Below, piece after piece: positions 10,656 to 20,187 of a DNA stretch of 64,000 nucleotides. The first letter of the stretch is position 1; every line of letters begins with the position of its first letter. A program made the translations under genes and the position numbers. Source of the DNA: Bacteroidales bacterium (GTDB lineage: Bacteria; Bacteroidota; Bacteroidia; Bacteroidales; UBA12077); NCBI GenBank assembly GCA_028282585.1, contig JANQHR010000113.1, positions 1 through 64,000 on the forward strand. Reading direction: 5' to 3'. The notes beneath the pieces are model-generated. The model did no database searches and was not told the DNA's origin. It saw only the letters and a program-made list of their open reading frames with translations.

Positions 10656-11876
10656 ATGAGTTTAGATATTCAAAAAATTCGCAATGACTTTCCAATTTTA
10701 AGTCGGCAAGTTTATAAAAAACCACTTATTTATTTTGATAATGGTGCCACAACTCAAAAACCACAAGTTGTACTTGACGAGGAAATAAAAATCTATACTC
10801 AGGAAAATAGCAATATACACCGAGGAGTACATTATTTAAGTGAGCAACTTACGCAACGTTATGAGGATGCTAGAAAAGTTGTTCAGAAGTTTGTTAATGC
10901 TCCTTATGATCACGAAGTAATATTTACAAGTGGCACAACTGAATCTATTAATACAATAGCTTTTTCTTATGGTGAGAAATATGTAAATGAGGGAGATGAA
11001 ATAATAATCTCAACACTTGAGCACCATGCTAATATTGTGCCTTGGCAGGTACTTTGCGAACGAAAAAAAGCGGTATTAAAGGTCATTCCAATAAATGAAT
11101 CTGGAGAACTAATTCTCGATGAATATGAGAAAATGATTTCGCCAAAAACTAAAATGGTTTCGGTAAATCATGTTTCTAATGCTCTAGGAATCGTAAATGA
11201 TGTTAAAAGAATTATTGAGATCGCACATCAAAATGATGTTCCGGTTTTAGTTGACGGAGCACAAAGCGTTCAGCATGGCAAAGTTGATGTGCAGGAATTA
11301 GATTGCGATTTTTTTGTATTTTCAGGACATAAAGTTTATGGTCCTAATGGAATAGGTGTTATTTACGGAAAAGAAAAATGGTTGAATGAAATGCCTCCAT
11401 TTATGACAGGTGGAGAAATGATAAAAAAAGTAACTTTTGAAAAGACCACCTTTAATGAATTGCCTTTTAAATTTGAGGCAGGAACACCTAATTATGTAGC
11501 AGCTATTGGTCTGGCAACAGCAATCGATTATATTCAAGATGTTGGAATAGAAAATATTATTGAGTATGAAAAGGAACTTCTTGATTATGCCACACAAAAA
11601 CTTGAATCAATCGAAGGTTTAAAAATTGTTGGTACTGCTGAAAAGAAAATAAGTGTAATTTCATTTAATCTAGATAACATTCATCACTACGATGCTGGTA
11701 TGGTTATCGACAAAATGGGAATAGCAGTACGCACGGGCCATCACTGTGCTGAGCCTTTGATGCAACGATTTAATATTGAAGGTACAATTCGGGCTTCATT
11801 TTCATTTTATAATACAAAAGAAGAAATTGATAAATTGTGCGAAGCAATTATAACGGTTAAGCAAATGTTTGGTTAA
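10656..11876 (+). CDS. sufS: SufS cysteine desulfurase
   Basis: 'YFDNGATTQKP', 'FSGHK', 'RTGHHCA'. Confidence 0.97.
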   Translation: MSLDIQKIRNDFPILSRQVYKKPLIYFDNGATTQKPQVVLDEEIKIYTQENSNIHRGVHYLSEQLTQRYEDARKVVQKFVNAPYDHEVIFTSGTTESINTIAFSYGEKYVNEGDEIIISTLEHHANIVPWQVLCERKKAVLKVIPINESGELILDEYEKMISPKTKMVSVNHVSNALGIVNDVKRIIEIAHQNDVPVLVDGAQSVQHGKVDVQELDCDFFVFSGHKVYGPNGIGVIYGKEKWLNEMPPFMTGGEMIKKVTFEKTTFNELPFKFEAGTPNYVAAIGLATAIDYIQDVGIENIIEYEKELLDYATQKLESIEGLKIVGTAEKKISVISFNLDNIHHYDAGMVIDKMGIAVRTGHHCAEPLMQRFNIEGTIRASFSFYNTKEEIDKLCEAIITVKQMFG

Positions 11877-11933
11877 TTTTGTGCTAATTTTAAAATAAAG
11901 GACTTTGGTCCTAATGCTTAAAAGTTTTGAATT

Positions 11934-12353
11934 ATGAATTTAAACGAACGTCAAGATGAAATAATAGATGAGTTTTCAATATTTGATGACTGGATGGATA
12001 AGTACAATTACTTAATTGAATTAAGTAAGGACCTTCCGGAAATTGATCCTAAATATAAAACCCAACAATATCTGATAGAAGGTTGCCAGTCAAAAGTTTG
12101 GTTATACGCTGATATGGAAGATAATGTTGTTAGGTATTCAGCAGATAGTGATGCAATTATAACAAAGGGAATAGCAGCGTTATTGATTCGTGTATTGGAT
12201 GGACAAAAACCATCTGATATTATGAATAACGAACTTTATTTTATTGAAAAAATAGGATTACAACAAAACTTATCGCCAACTCGTTCAAATGGTTTATTGG
12301 CTATGGTAAAGCAAATGAAGTTATATGCTATGGCCTATAATGCGTCCCGATAG
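11934..12353 (+). CDS. sufE: SufE sulfur acceptor
   Basis: 'GCQSKVW', 'DSDA.ITKG', 'LSPTRSNGL'; stop codon lies inside a palindrome. Confidence 0.95.
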   Translation: MNLNERQDEIIDEFSIFDDWMDKYNYLIELSKDLPEIDPKYKTQQYLIEGCQSKVWLYADMEDNVVRYSADSDAIITKGIAALLIRVLDGQKPSDIMNNELYFIEKIGLQQNLSPTRSNGLLAMVKQMKLYAMAYNASR

Positions 12354-12362
12354 CTATCGGGA
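12345..12362. repeat. Perfect 18-bp GC-rich palindrome TCCCGATAGCTATCGGGA
   Basis: TCCCGATAG is the exact reverse complement of CTATCGGGA. Confidence 0.9.
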
Positions 12363-12384
12363 GGAAAATTAAGGAGGAACTACT

Positions 12385-12705
12385 ATGGATCCAAATGAAT
12401 TAATGGCTTTGGAAGCGGAAATTGTAAAAACATTAAAGGACATTTATGATCCTGAAATACCAGTAAATATATACGACCTTGGTTTAATCTATGCGATTGA
12501 TGTAGACGACAATAGAAATGTTGAAGTAAAAATGACATTAACAGCCCCAAATTGCCCTATGGCCGATCAGTTATTAGGCGAGGTTAACGAAAAAACCAAT
12601 GCAATAGAAGGGGTGAATGAATCAAAAATCAATTTAGTTTTTGACCCACCCTGGGATAAAAGTATGATGAGCGAAGAAGCGATGTTAGATCTTGGATTAC
12701 TTTAG
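12385..12705 (+). CDS. DUF59 / SufT-like Fe-S assembly protein
   Basis: 'DPEIPVNIYDLGLIY', 'MTLTAPNCP', 'FDPPW'. Confidence 0.92.
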   Translation: MDPNELMALEAEIVKTLKDIYDPEIPVNIYDLGLIYAIDVDDNRNVEVKMTLTAPNCPMADQLLGEVNEKTNAIEGVNESKINLVFDPPWDKSMMSEEAMLDLGLL

Positions 12706-12798
12706 CTATTTCTGTTTTTTAATAAACTGGCTGTGAATTTTAATAACACCCGAATTTGAAACAAGGTTAAAAATTTCAGTTTCAAAGTTTGAAGTTTT

Positions 12799-12836
12799 CT
12801 GTGTGATCCTTGGTGTCTTCTTCGTGTACTTTGTGG
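12799..12836. repeat. Orphan CTTTGTG-type array, same family as 5-91
   Basis: CTGTGTG, CTTGGTG, CTTCGTG, CTTTGTG; GTGTCTTCTTCGTG matches 9-22 at 13/14. Confidence 0.55.
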
Positions 12837-12886
12837 TAAAATTTAACACTGATTTTATACATTTGTAATGTTCTGATCCTAATAAA

Positions 12887-13804
12887 TTGAATACTAAACA
12901 AGAACATACAACAAAAATTAAACAAAAAGCACTGGAGCTTGGTTTTTCTGCCGTTGGTATATCTAAAGCTGATTTTCTCGAAAAAGAATCACAACAATTA
13001 AAAAAATGGCTTGAAAAAGGTTTACATGGTGAGATGCAATACATGGAAAATCATTTTGAGAAACGTGTCGATCCAAGAAAATTAGTTGATGGTGCCAAAT
13101 CAATAATTTCGGTTTTATTCAATTACTATCCTAAAGAAAAACAAATAAAGAATACATATAAAATTTCTAAATATGCGTATGGTAAAGATTATCATTGCGT
13201 TATAAAAGAAAAGTTATTTTCGTTATATGAATATATAAATTCAGAAATAAGAGAAATATCAGGACGAACATTTGTAGACTCGGCTCCTGTAATGGATAAG
13301 GTATGGGCTGCAAAATCAGGATTAGGGTGGATAGGGAAAAATACAAATCTAATTTCAAAGGAACTAGGTTCTTTTCAATTTATTGGTGAACTTATCATTG
13401 ATTTGGATTTGGAATACGATCAGCCGGTAAAGGATTATTGCGGAAATTGCACCAACTGTATTGATTCTTGCCCGACAGATGCATTATCTCCTTACCAGTT
13501 AGATGCACTAAAATGTATTTCCTATTTAACCATTGAAAAAAAGAGAGATATACCTGAGGAACTTAAAGGAAAATTAGATAATTGGATTTTTGGATGCGAT
13601 ATTTGCCAGGATGTTTGTCCATGGAACTCAAAAACAAAACCACACAACGAACCTCAGTTTGAAATTTCGAAAGAACTTCAAAATTTAACTAAATTAGATT
13701 GGCATGAGATTAATAAAGAAGTATTTGAAAAAATGTCGAAGAATTCTCCAATTGAACGTATTAAATTTGAGAAGTTCAAAAAAAATATTCAGAATTTAAA
13801 GTAG
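12887..13804 (+). CDS. queG: Epoxyqueuosine reductase
   Basis: 'YAYGKDYH', 'VDSAPV', 'GWIGKN', CxxCxxCxxxCP and '[12 protein letters not shown]'. Confidence 0.95.
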   Translation: MNTKQEHTTKIKQKALELGFSAVGISKADFLEKESQQLKKWLEKGLHGEMQYMENHFEKRVDPRKLVDGAKSIISVLFNYYPKEKQIKNTYKISKYAYGKDYHCVIKEKLFSLYEYINSEIREISGRTFVDSAPVMDKVWAAKSGLGWIGKNTNLISKELGSFQFIGELIIDLDLEYDQPVKDYCGNCTNCIDSCPTDALSPYQLDALKCISYLTIEKKRDIPEELKGKLDNWIFGCDICQDVCPWNSKTKPHNEPQFEISKELQNLTKLDWHEINKEVFEKMSKNSPIERIKFEKFKKNIQNLK

Positions 13805-13898
13805 GACTATATTCACCTCACATCTAAATTAAAAGTAAATAAATCATAATCTATTTTTACACTAATCCTTATTTAATAAGAGATTTGTTTTAAAACAG

Positions 13899-13987
13899 GG
13901 GTAATTACCCTATATAAAATGAAGTAATTCCTATTTAGTTTCGTGTTTTCACCTTCCTACCTAAAGTCTTCATTGATCGTATATTTG
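13899..13987 (+). promoter_or_regulatory. Putative operator palindrome plus -7 promoter element
   Basis: Perfect GGGTAATTACCC at 13899-13910, partial copy GTAATTCC at 13924, TATATTTG at 13980-13987. Confidence 0.5.
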
Positions 13988-14033
13988 ATAAAAGATTTGA
14001 ATGCAAATGAATTTAATTTAAAAGATAAAGATT

Positions 14034-14615
14034 ATGAAAACAATAGGTAGAACTTTAGCAATAATATTTAGCTTACACGTAATAATAAGTTTAAATAATG
14101 TTACAGCACAAAGCATAAATGCTGAAAACATAAGTAATCTCATGAACTCTAAACAAAATAATGGTGTGGAAAGATCTGAAGATGGTAAAATTAAAGTTCA
14201 GGTAAACACAGAAATACTAGAAAAGTATTACAATTATTTATCAAATTCTGATGATGATCGAGTTTCCTGGGATGAGATTCTACATACTTACAAATTTGAT
14301 CAAGAAGGTTTTAACCTGTTTTGGAAAAAATACAAAGAATCTGAGGAGCCTGTTTTAATTGATCGAGAATTTAAAACCAATTTAGAAAAGGCCAAAGAAA
14401 TTGGAGGAACAGAATATTTTGCTGATGGAAGTATTAAAGTTAAAATTAACACCGAGATAATTGAAGGTTTTTACAATACTTATGAAAATCAAACATATAT
14501 ATCTTGGAGAGAGGTTTTTATGAGTTATAGAGCTGATAAAGAAAATCTTTTGGCTCAGTGGAAAACATTTAAAAACTCAGAAGAAGGAAATTTATACTTA
14601 GCAGAAAAGAAATAA
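14034..14615 (+). CDS. Secreted hypothetical protein with two internal repeats
   Basis: Signal-peptide-like N-terminus; DG.IKV..NTEI.E..YN...SW......Y..D......WK..K.SEE occurs twice. Confidence 0.75.
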   Translation: MKTIGRTLAIIFSLHVIISLNNVTAQSINAENISNLMNSKQNNGVERSEDGKIKVQVNTEILEKYYNYLSNSDDDRVSWDEILHTYKFDQEGFNLFWKKYKESEEPVLIDREFKTNLEKAKEIGGTEYFADGSIKVKINTEIIEGFYNTYENQTYISWREVFMSYRADKENLLAQWKTFKNSEEGNLYLAEKK

Positions 14616-14643
14616 AATCATATTTACAACAAACCTAACAAGA

Positions 14644-15024
14644 ATGGCTGACTTAATTATTTCAAAAGAAGATGTTACTCCATTTGTATCCTTTAAAGAA
14701 AATGGAAAGTTACATATCGAAGGTAGATCGCTTTCTGAAGATCCTAAAAAATTCTATTTAAGATTATTTGAGTGGGTAAATAAACTAAGTGTTACGAAAG
14801 TTGATTTAATATCTAAAATTGAATATATGAATACAGCCTCAACCAAAATCTTTTTTGATCTTTTACAAGCAATTGAAAATAATAAAAGTATTGAAACAAT
14901 AAATATTGAATGGCACTACGAAATGGACGATTTTGATATGGAGGAGATTGGTGAGATGATTGAGAGCAAACTGGAAAGGTCTAATTTTGATTATATTAGT
15001 TGTATTGATATGGAGTACGTTTAA
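14644..15024 (+). CDS. DUF1987 / SiaC-family regulatory protein
   Basis: 'TP.V', 'G.L.IEGRS..E...FY', 'Y.NTAS.K', 'WHYE.DD.DM.E.GE'. Confidence 0.8.
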   Translation: MADLIISKEDVTPFVSFKENGKLHIEGRSLSEDPKKFYLRLFEWVNKLSVTKVDLISKIEYMNTASTKIFFDLLQAIENNKSIETINIEWHYEMDDFDMEEIGEMIESKLERSNFDYISCIDMEYV

Positions 15025-15107
15025 TCATAATTATATATAAATAGCAATATATTTTAGTTAATTTTAAATAAAAACTTTACGGATGGTTTAGATAAAGTTC
15101 TACAATT

Positions 15108-15145
15108 AAAGGGAGCAAACTAATTTTAGTTTGCTCCTTCTTTAT
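15108..15145 (+). terminator. Intrinsic terminator
   Basis: GGGAGCAAACTAA / TTAGTTTGCTCCT stem followed by T-rich tract. Confidence 0.75.
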
Positions 15146-15315
15146 TTTAAGTAAATTAGTGTTTAGTTTGTTTAAAATAGTCCGGCAGATATAATTAATA
15201 ATTATTATAGACTATTTTAAATTAGAATCTTAACTTGCATATTAAACTAAAATTAAAAAAAATAAAGGTTTTGTTTTAAGGATTAGTTTAGGTTTATTGT
15301 GTTTAGATTGGTATT

Positions 15316-17754
15316 ATGGTTATAAAGAAAGAGAAGTATTCAGCTTTATTTCGGCGTAGAGCATTTTTAGATACGGAGCAAATAGTAAATTCATTACTAG
15401 TAATTTTTTCATTACTGGTTATTCCTTATATATTTATTGCTCTCTCTAAAATTACTTACTTCGGTTATCAGCCTCAATTTATTCTTGATATTGGTTTTGC
15501 ATTGTTAGTAATTATATTAGGACAATTACGATACCTTTTAAATTATAGGGTTAAATTAATAATTGCCTTAATTTTTGCATATATAAGCGGAATTGTAGGA
15601 CTATTATATCAGGGATTTGAAAGTGTAAGTTGGTTAGCTTTTATTTTAATTGCCATTTTTACAGTTCTTTTATATAATATTCGTATAAGCATTTTATCTG
15701 TTTTTCTGTCGCTTTTAACCTTATTAATTATTGCTTGGCTTCATAATTCGGGAATTGTTGAAAAAGAAGAATATAACAAAGGTTCAGTTGAAAAAACTTT
15801 ATTGGTTATATCGAACATATGGGATATTATCCTTTGGCTTGGATTAATCATTTATATTATAAATCATATTTCCAGAAGTCTTAACATATTATTACAAAAT
15901 AAAAGTGTTGAAAATGAAGAGTTGAATGCTACAGTTAGTTTGCTTAGTAAAAAAATAGGTGAAAATATTGAACTCCAAAAAAACATAATCCAAAAAGAAA
16001 AAAATTTTAGAAATATATTTGATGGTAGTAAGGACCCTATAGTTATTTGCGATCCTGAATGTAATTATATTACTTCAAACAAATCATTTAAAAACCTTAT
16101 AGGAGAAGAAACCTATAATTTAAAGGAAATTAAAGTATATCAAATGCTTTCTCCGGAATGTAGGGATAGTTTTATCAACCAGGTTAATAATAATTTATTT
16201 AGTGATTTTGCTCCGGAAGAATTGGAGTTAATAACCCAAAAAGGTATAATAGAGTTCGAAGCAAAAACCCAGGCGATAGAATATTATGATAATCAACGAA
16301 TAATGATTGTTTTTAGGAATATTTCCGAGCGGAAAAGATCTGAGAAGTTATTAGAAGAAAGTAACAATCGTTGGAGGATTGCAGAAAGGGCAATCAATAT
16401 GGGGATCATGGATTGGAACCTGGAAACAGGTTCTTTAATCTTGTCAGAACAAATGGAAAAGATTTTGGATTTAACAGATGAGCATCAATTAAAAGTAACA
16501 GATTTGCAAAACCTTGTTCATCCATTGGACCAAAATAAATACAGAAGTACTCTGACCAAAAGATTAAATACCATTTCAAAAGATAAGCAGCTTAGAACGT
16601 TTTATGATCCAATTGAGTACAGAGTTAACCTTAAAAGTGGTTTAAGTATGTATTTAAAAGAATACGGTGTTGTTTACTATAAAAATAATATACCAATTCG
16701 ATATGTAAGTGCAATTGTAGATAACACAGAAATTACAAATTCAGTTAAAAAACTTAATCAACAAAGAAAATATTTTAGCGATTTGGTAGATGCTATAAAA
16801 AATAGCTTTATTGTAATTAGAGGAGTAAATAAAGTTGGGGGTATTTTTAAAGATTTTGTTGTTCTTAATGCAAATCATGCTTTTCTACAAATAACAGGTA
16901 AAAACTTCGATGATGTATTTGAAAAAACCATACGCAGTATTTTACCTGAACTGGACGATAGTTTTTATATGAATTGTTCTGAAGCTGTATTAAAAGGAAA
17001 TCCAATTGTAGAAGAGGTTTATTCAGAAGATCTTAAAAAGCATTTAAGCATTACATATCAAAAAGTAAAATATAAAAGTCTTTTTCTAATAATTGAGGAT
17101 ATCACAGATAAAAAGATGATGCAGAATAATATGCTTAACTCTATTATTTCTGCAGAAGAAAAAGAACGGGCGCGGATATCAAAAGAATTACATGATGGTA
17201 TCGGACCACTGCTTTCAACACTTAAAATGTTTACCGAAAAGTATTGTACAACAAATAAATTGGAGGTTAAACAAGAAATAGAACCCCAGCTTTATAATAT
17301 AATTGATGAGGCTATTTCTAATATATCAACAATTTCAAATAACCTAACACCTAAAATATTAGAAAATTTTGGTCTTAATAAAGCATTAAAAAAACAAATT
17401 AAACAGTTTGAAATTGCTTCAGGATGTAAAATTGATTTTAAAATGAATACAGAAGAGAGGTTTAGGGATGAAATTGAAATTTCTATTTATAGAGCATTAA
17501 CCGAAATATTGAATAATAGCGTAAAATACTCCGATTCGAACTTCATTAAGCTAAATATTAATTACAATGGAAAAGTAATAAAGGTTAGTTTCTCTGATGA
17601 TGGCAAAGGATTTGACTTTGAAAAAGAGCTAAAAAAGAGGAAAGGGCAGGGGTTAATTAATATTAAAAGCAGAATTGAATCAATTGGAGGAAAAGTTGAA
17701 TTTAAAGGAGGAATAAATAAAGGTTCAAAATATCAAATAGAGTTGCCCGTTTAA
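15316..17754 (+). CDS. Membrane PAS-domain sensor histidine kinase (HisKA_3, NarX-like)
   Basis: N-terminal TMs, several PAS-like segments, 'ERARISKELHDGIG', 'DDGKGF', 'GQGL.NI'. Confidence 0.88.
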   Translation: MVIKKEKYSALFRRRAFLDTEQIVNSLLVIFSLLVIPYIFIALSKITYFGYQPQFILDIGFALLVIILGQLRYLLNYRVKLIIALIFAYISGIVGLLYQGFESVSWLAFILIAIFTVLLYNIRISILSVFLSLLTLLIIAWLHNSGIVEKEEYNKGSVEKTLLVISNIWDIILWLGLIIYIINHISRSLNILLQNKSVENEELNATVSLLSKKIGENIELQKNIIQKEKNFRNIFDGSKDPIVICDPECNYITSNKSFKNLIGEETYNLKEIKVYQMLSPECRDSFINQVNNNLFSDFAPEELELITQKGIIEFEAKTQAIEYYDNQRIMIVFRNISERKRSEKLLEESNNRWRIAERAINMGIMDWNLETGSLILSEQMEKILDLTDEHQLKVTDLQNLVHPLDQNKYRSTLTKRLNTISKDKQLRTFYDPIEYRVNLKSGLSMYLKEYGVVYYKNNIPIRYVSAIVDNTEITNSVKKLNQQRKYFSDLVDAIKNSFIVIRGVNKVGGIFKDFVVLNANHAFLQITGKNFDDVFEKTIRSILPELDDSFYMNCSEAVLKGNPIVEEVYSEDLKKHLSITYQKVKYKSLFLIIEDITDKKMMQNNMLNSIISAEEKERARISKELHDGIGPLLSTLKMFTEKYCTTNKLEVKQEIEPQLYNIIDEAISNISTISNNLTPKILENFGLNKALKKQIKQFEIASGCKIDFKMNTEERFRDEIEISIYRALTEILNNSVKYSDSNFIKLNINYNGKVIKVSFSDDGKGFDFEKELKKRKGQGLINIKSRIESIGGKVEFKGGINKGSKYQIELPV

Positions 17755-17788
17755 AATCTGAAATTATGTATCTTTAAGATAAATTTAT

Positions 17789-18424
17789 ATGGATATGATT
17801 ACTGTAACCATAGCTGATGATCATGACCTTTTTAGAGATGGTGTTAGAATGATACTTTCTGAAGAAAAGGATATTGAAGTAATAGGTAGCTTTAAAAATG
17901 GTTCTGAGCTGATTACCTTTTTACAAAATAAAAGACCCGATATTATTTTAATGGATATCTCAATGCCTTTAATGGATGGATTTGAAGCAACAAAAAAAGC
18001 ATTACAAAGATATCCTGATATTAAGATATTAGTTTTGAGCATGTTCGATGATGAAGAACATTATCATAAAATGATAGATTTAGGCGTAAAAGGCTTTATT
18101 CTTAAAAAATCAGGTTCATTTGAGATGATAAAAGCAATTAGAGAAATATACGAAGGAGGGAATTATTTTAGCCAGGAACTTTTACAAAAGGTCATAGTAT
18201 CTTTTAACAAAAAGAATAAAGTAGAAATTGAACTTACAGACAGAGAACAGGAAGTTTTAATTTTAATTTGTAATGGGCACACTAATAATGAAATTGGTGA
18301 AAAATTATTCATCAGCCCTAAAACTGCTGATAATTATAGAACAGCATTGCTTAAAAAGACAAAAACAAAAAATTCAGCTCACCTCGTTATGTTTGCCATG
18401 AAAAATAAGCTTATTGAAATATAG
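17789..18424 (+). CDS. NarL/LuxR-family response regulator
   Basis: 'IADDH', 'MDISMP.MDG', 'LTDREQEVL', C-terminal HTH. Confidence 0.93.
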   Translation: MDMITVTIADDHDLFRDGVRMILSEEKDIEVIGSFKNGSELITFLQNKRPDIILMDISMPLMDGFEATKKALQRYPDIKILVLSMFDDEEHYHKMIDLGVKGFILKKSGSFEMIKAIREIYEGGNYFSQELLQKVIVSFNKKNKVEIELTDREQEVLILICNGHTNNEIGEKLFISPKTADNYRTALLKKTKTKNSAHLVMFAMKNKLIEI

Positions 18425-18454
18425 TTATAGATTAATTAAGACTCCCAATTTTGC

Positions 18455-18859
18455 TTAATTTTTAATAATTGTAATTAAAATATTCCTCTTATTACGTGGC
18501 CCGTCAAATTCACAGAAAAATATATTTTGCCAGGTTGATAATCCCATCTTTCCATTGATAATTGGAACCGTCTCACTTGGTCCGACTATACCTGCTTTTA
18601 AATGTGAATCACCATTGTTGTCTTGGGCATCATGTTCCCAAACGCCCGAAGGAATCAATTTATTTAGTAAAGTTATTACATCATGTTGGACTGAATCATC
18701 CCAGTTTTCCTGAATCATAATAGCAGCCGTTGCGCCTTGTGCATATATATTAACTAATCCGGTTTGAATTTTACTATTTGTTACGATGGCTTCAACCATG
18801 TTTGTAATATCATATAAACCATTGTGCCGTGTAGTTGGTATTTGTATGATTTGTTGCAT
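18455..18859 (-). CDS. yjbQ: YjbQ / UPF0047 family protein
   Basis: 'NGDSHLKA', 'LSTWQNIFFCEFDGPR'. Confidence 0.88.
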   Translation of the reverse strand: MQQIIQIPTTRHNGLYDITNMVEAIVTNSKIQTGLVNIYAQGATAAIMIQENWDDSVQHDVITLLNKLIPSGVWEHDAQDNNGDSHLKAGIVGPSETVPIINGKMGLSTWQNIFFCEFDGPRNKRNILITIIKN

Positions 18860-18905
18860 AATATCAGTAAATTTGATACAAAATTTAAAATTAAGTTACT
18901 TATCT

Positions 18906-19745
18906 ATGAATTACAAATCAACAGCATATGCTTCATACGATGGAATGAAACTTTCAGGTTACTTATGGGAGCCTGAGAAAACCCCTAAAGCGTTAATAAA
19001 TCTAGTCCACGGATTCGGTGAATATAGTGAACGTTATGACAATTGGGCTATGCGTTTTGCAGAAAAGGGTTTTGTGGTGCATGCAATTGATTACCGCGGA
19101 CATGGAAAATCGGATGGAAAGCGAGGTTACATCAACAGTTTTGATGATTTTCTAAAGGATGTTGATGTTCTAATTAAAGAATCAAAAAAACTTTATCCGA
19201 GCCTGCCACAGTTTATTTATGGGCATAGTTTAGGAGGTAACATTGTAACCAACTATATTTTTAAAAAGGAACATCAATTGACTGGTGCAGTAATTTCATC
19301 ACCATGGTATAAATTAGCATTTAATCCTTCTTCATTAATGTTGATTTTGGCAAGGATAATGAATAAATTGTATCCTAAATTTACACAAAATTCAAATTTG
19401 GAGGTTATAGGTCTAACGCATGATAAAGATATAATTGATCAATATATTAAGGATCCATTGATTCATGAAAAAATCTCTGTCCGTATGTTTTTTGAAATTT
19501 ATAATGCAGGGCATTGGGTGTTAGAAAATACTGAATACATAAATTTACCGGTTCTTATTCAGCATGGTAATGATGATAATATAACATCTTATAAAGCAAG
19601 TAAAGTATTTTTTGAAAAAGCAAAAGATCAGAGAAAGAATATTGACTACAAAGAATGGGAGGGTTTGTACCATGAGTTGCATAATGAATTAGAGAAAGAT
19701 GGAATATTTGACTTTGTTAACGACTGGATAAGTAAAAAGCTTTGA
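18906..19745 (+). CDS. Alpha/beta hydrolase, lysophospholipase-like
   Basis: 'VHGFGEY..RY', 'DYRGHG.S.G', nucleophile 'GHSLGG', 'YHELHNE'; ATG 18906 avoids overlap with yjbQ. Confidence 0.88.
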   Translation: MNYKSTAYASYDGMKLSGYLWEPEKTPKALINLVHGFGEYSERYDNWAMRFAEKGFVVHAIDYRGHGKSDGKRGYINSFDDFLKDVDVLIKESKKLYPSLPQFIYGHSLGGNIVTNYIFKKEHQLTGAVISSPWYKLAFNPSSLMLILARIMNKLYPKFTQNSNLEVIGLTHDKDIIDQYIKDPLIHEKISVRMFFEIYNAGHWVLENTEYINLPVLIQHGNDDNITSYKASKVFFEKAKDQRKNIDYKEWEGLYHELHNELEKDGIFDFVNDWISKKL

Positions 19746-19799
19746 GCTACCAGCCATGAGCTAAGAGTAAGTAAAATTGTTTACGCATAAAATTTTATT

Positions 19800-20149
19800 A
19801 TGAAGAATTTCAAAAAACTTAAAATCTGGCAAAAAGGATTTAAGATTGATATTGAAACCTATAAAATAAGTAAGGAATTTCCAGTTGAAGAAAAGTATGG
19901 ATTATGTAGTCAAGTAAATCGCGCAGCAATCTCGATAAGTTCAAAAATAGCAGAGGGAAGCAGTCGAAGAAGCCAAAAAGATTATTTCCGTTTTATTGAA
20001 ATTGCTTTAGGTTCACGTTTTGAACTAGAAAGCTAGTTTTTAATTGCATATGAACTAGATTTTGAAAACAAAGGAAAATTGAAAATATTTTGCAAGAAAT
20101 TGACGAAGAACAAAAAATGCTAATCGCCTTTATGAAGAAATTGCAATAA
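19800..20149 (+). pseudogene. Four-helix-bundle protein with internal TAG and a frameshift
   Basis: 'FKKLKIWQK...E.YGL.SQ..RAAISI...IAEG..R'; TAG at 20034-20036, then FLIAYELDF; shift near 20075 into ...EIDEEQKMLIAFMKKLQ*. Confidence 0.8.
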
Positions 20150-20187
20150 TCTCAATGCTCATAGCTAGTAGCTCAAATCTTAATAAA

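Noticed and set aside
18786-18905. Extended N-terminus of the hydrolase, and similar ORF-track extensions at 20155, 21173, 50672 and 60070
   Set aside because: Extensions overlap a divergent gene or repeat elements, or precede the signal peptide; downstream ATGs fit better
8117-20036. Stop-codon reassignment suggested by in-frame TAG in both four-helix genes
   Set aside because: The two TAGs fall at positions expected to be different residues (Ser-like and Gln-like), one gene also has a frameshift, the GIY-YIG stop is TAA, and sufB, sufC and secG end normally at TAG
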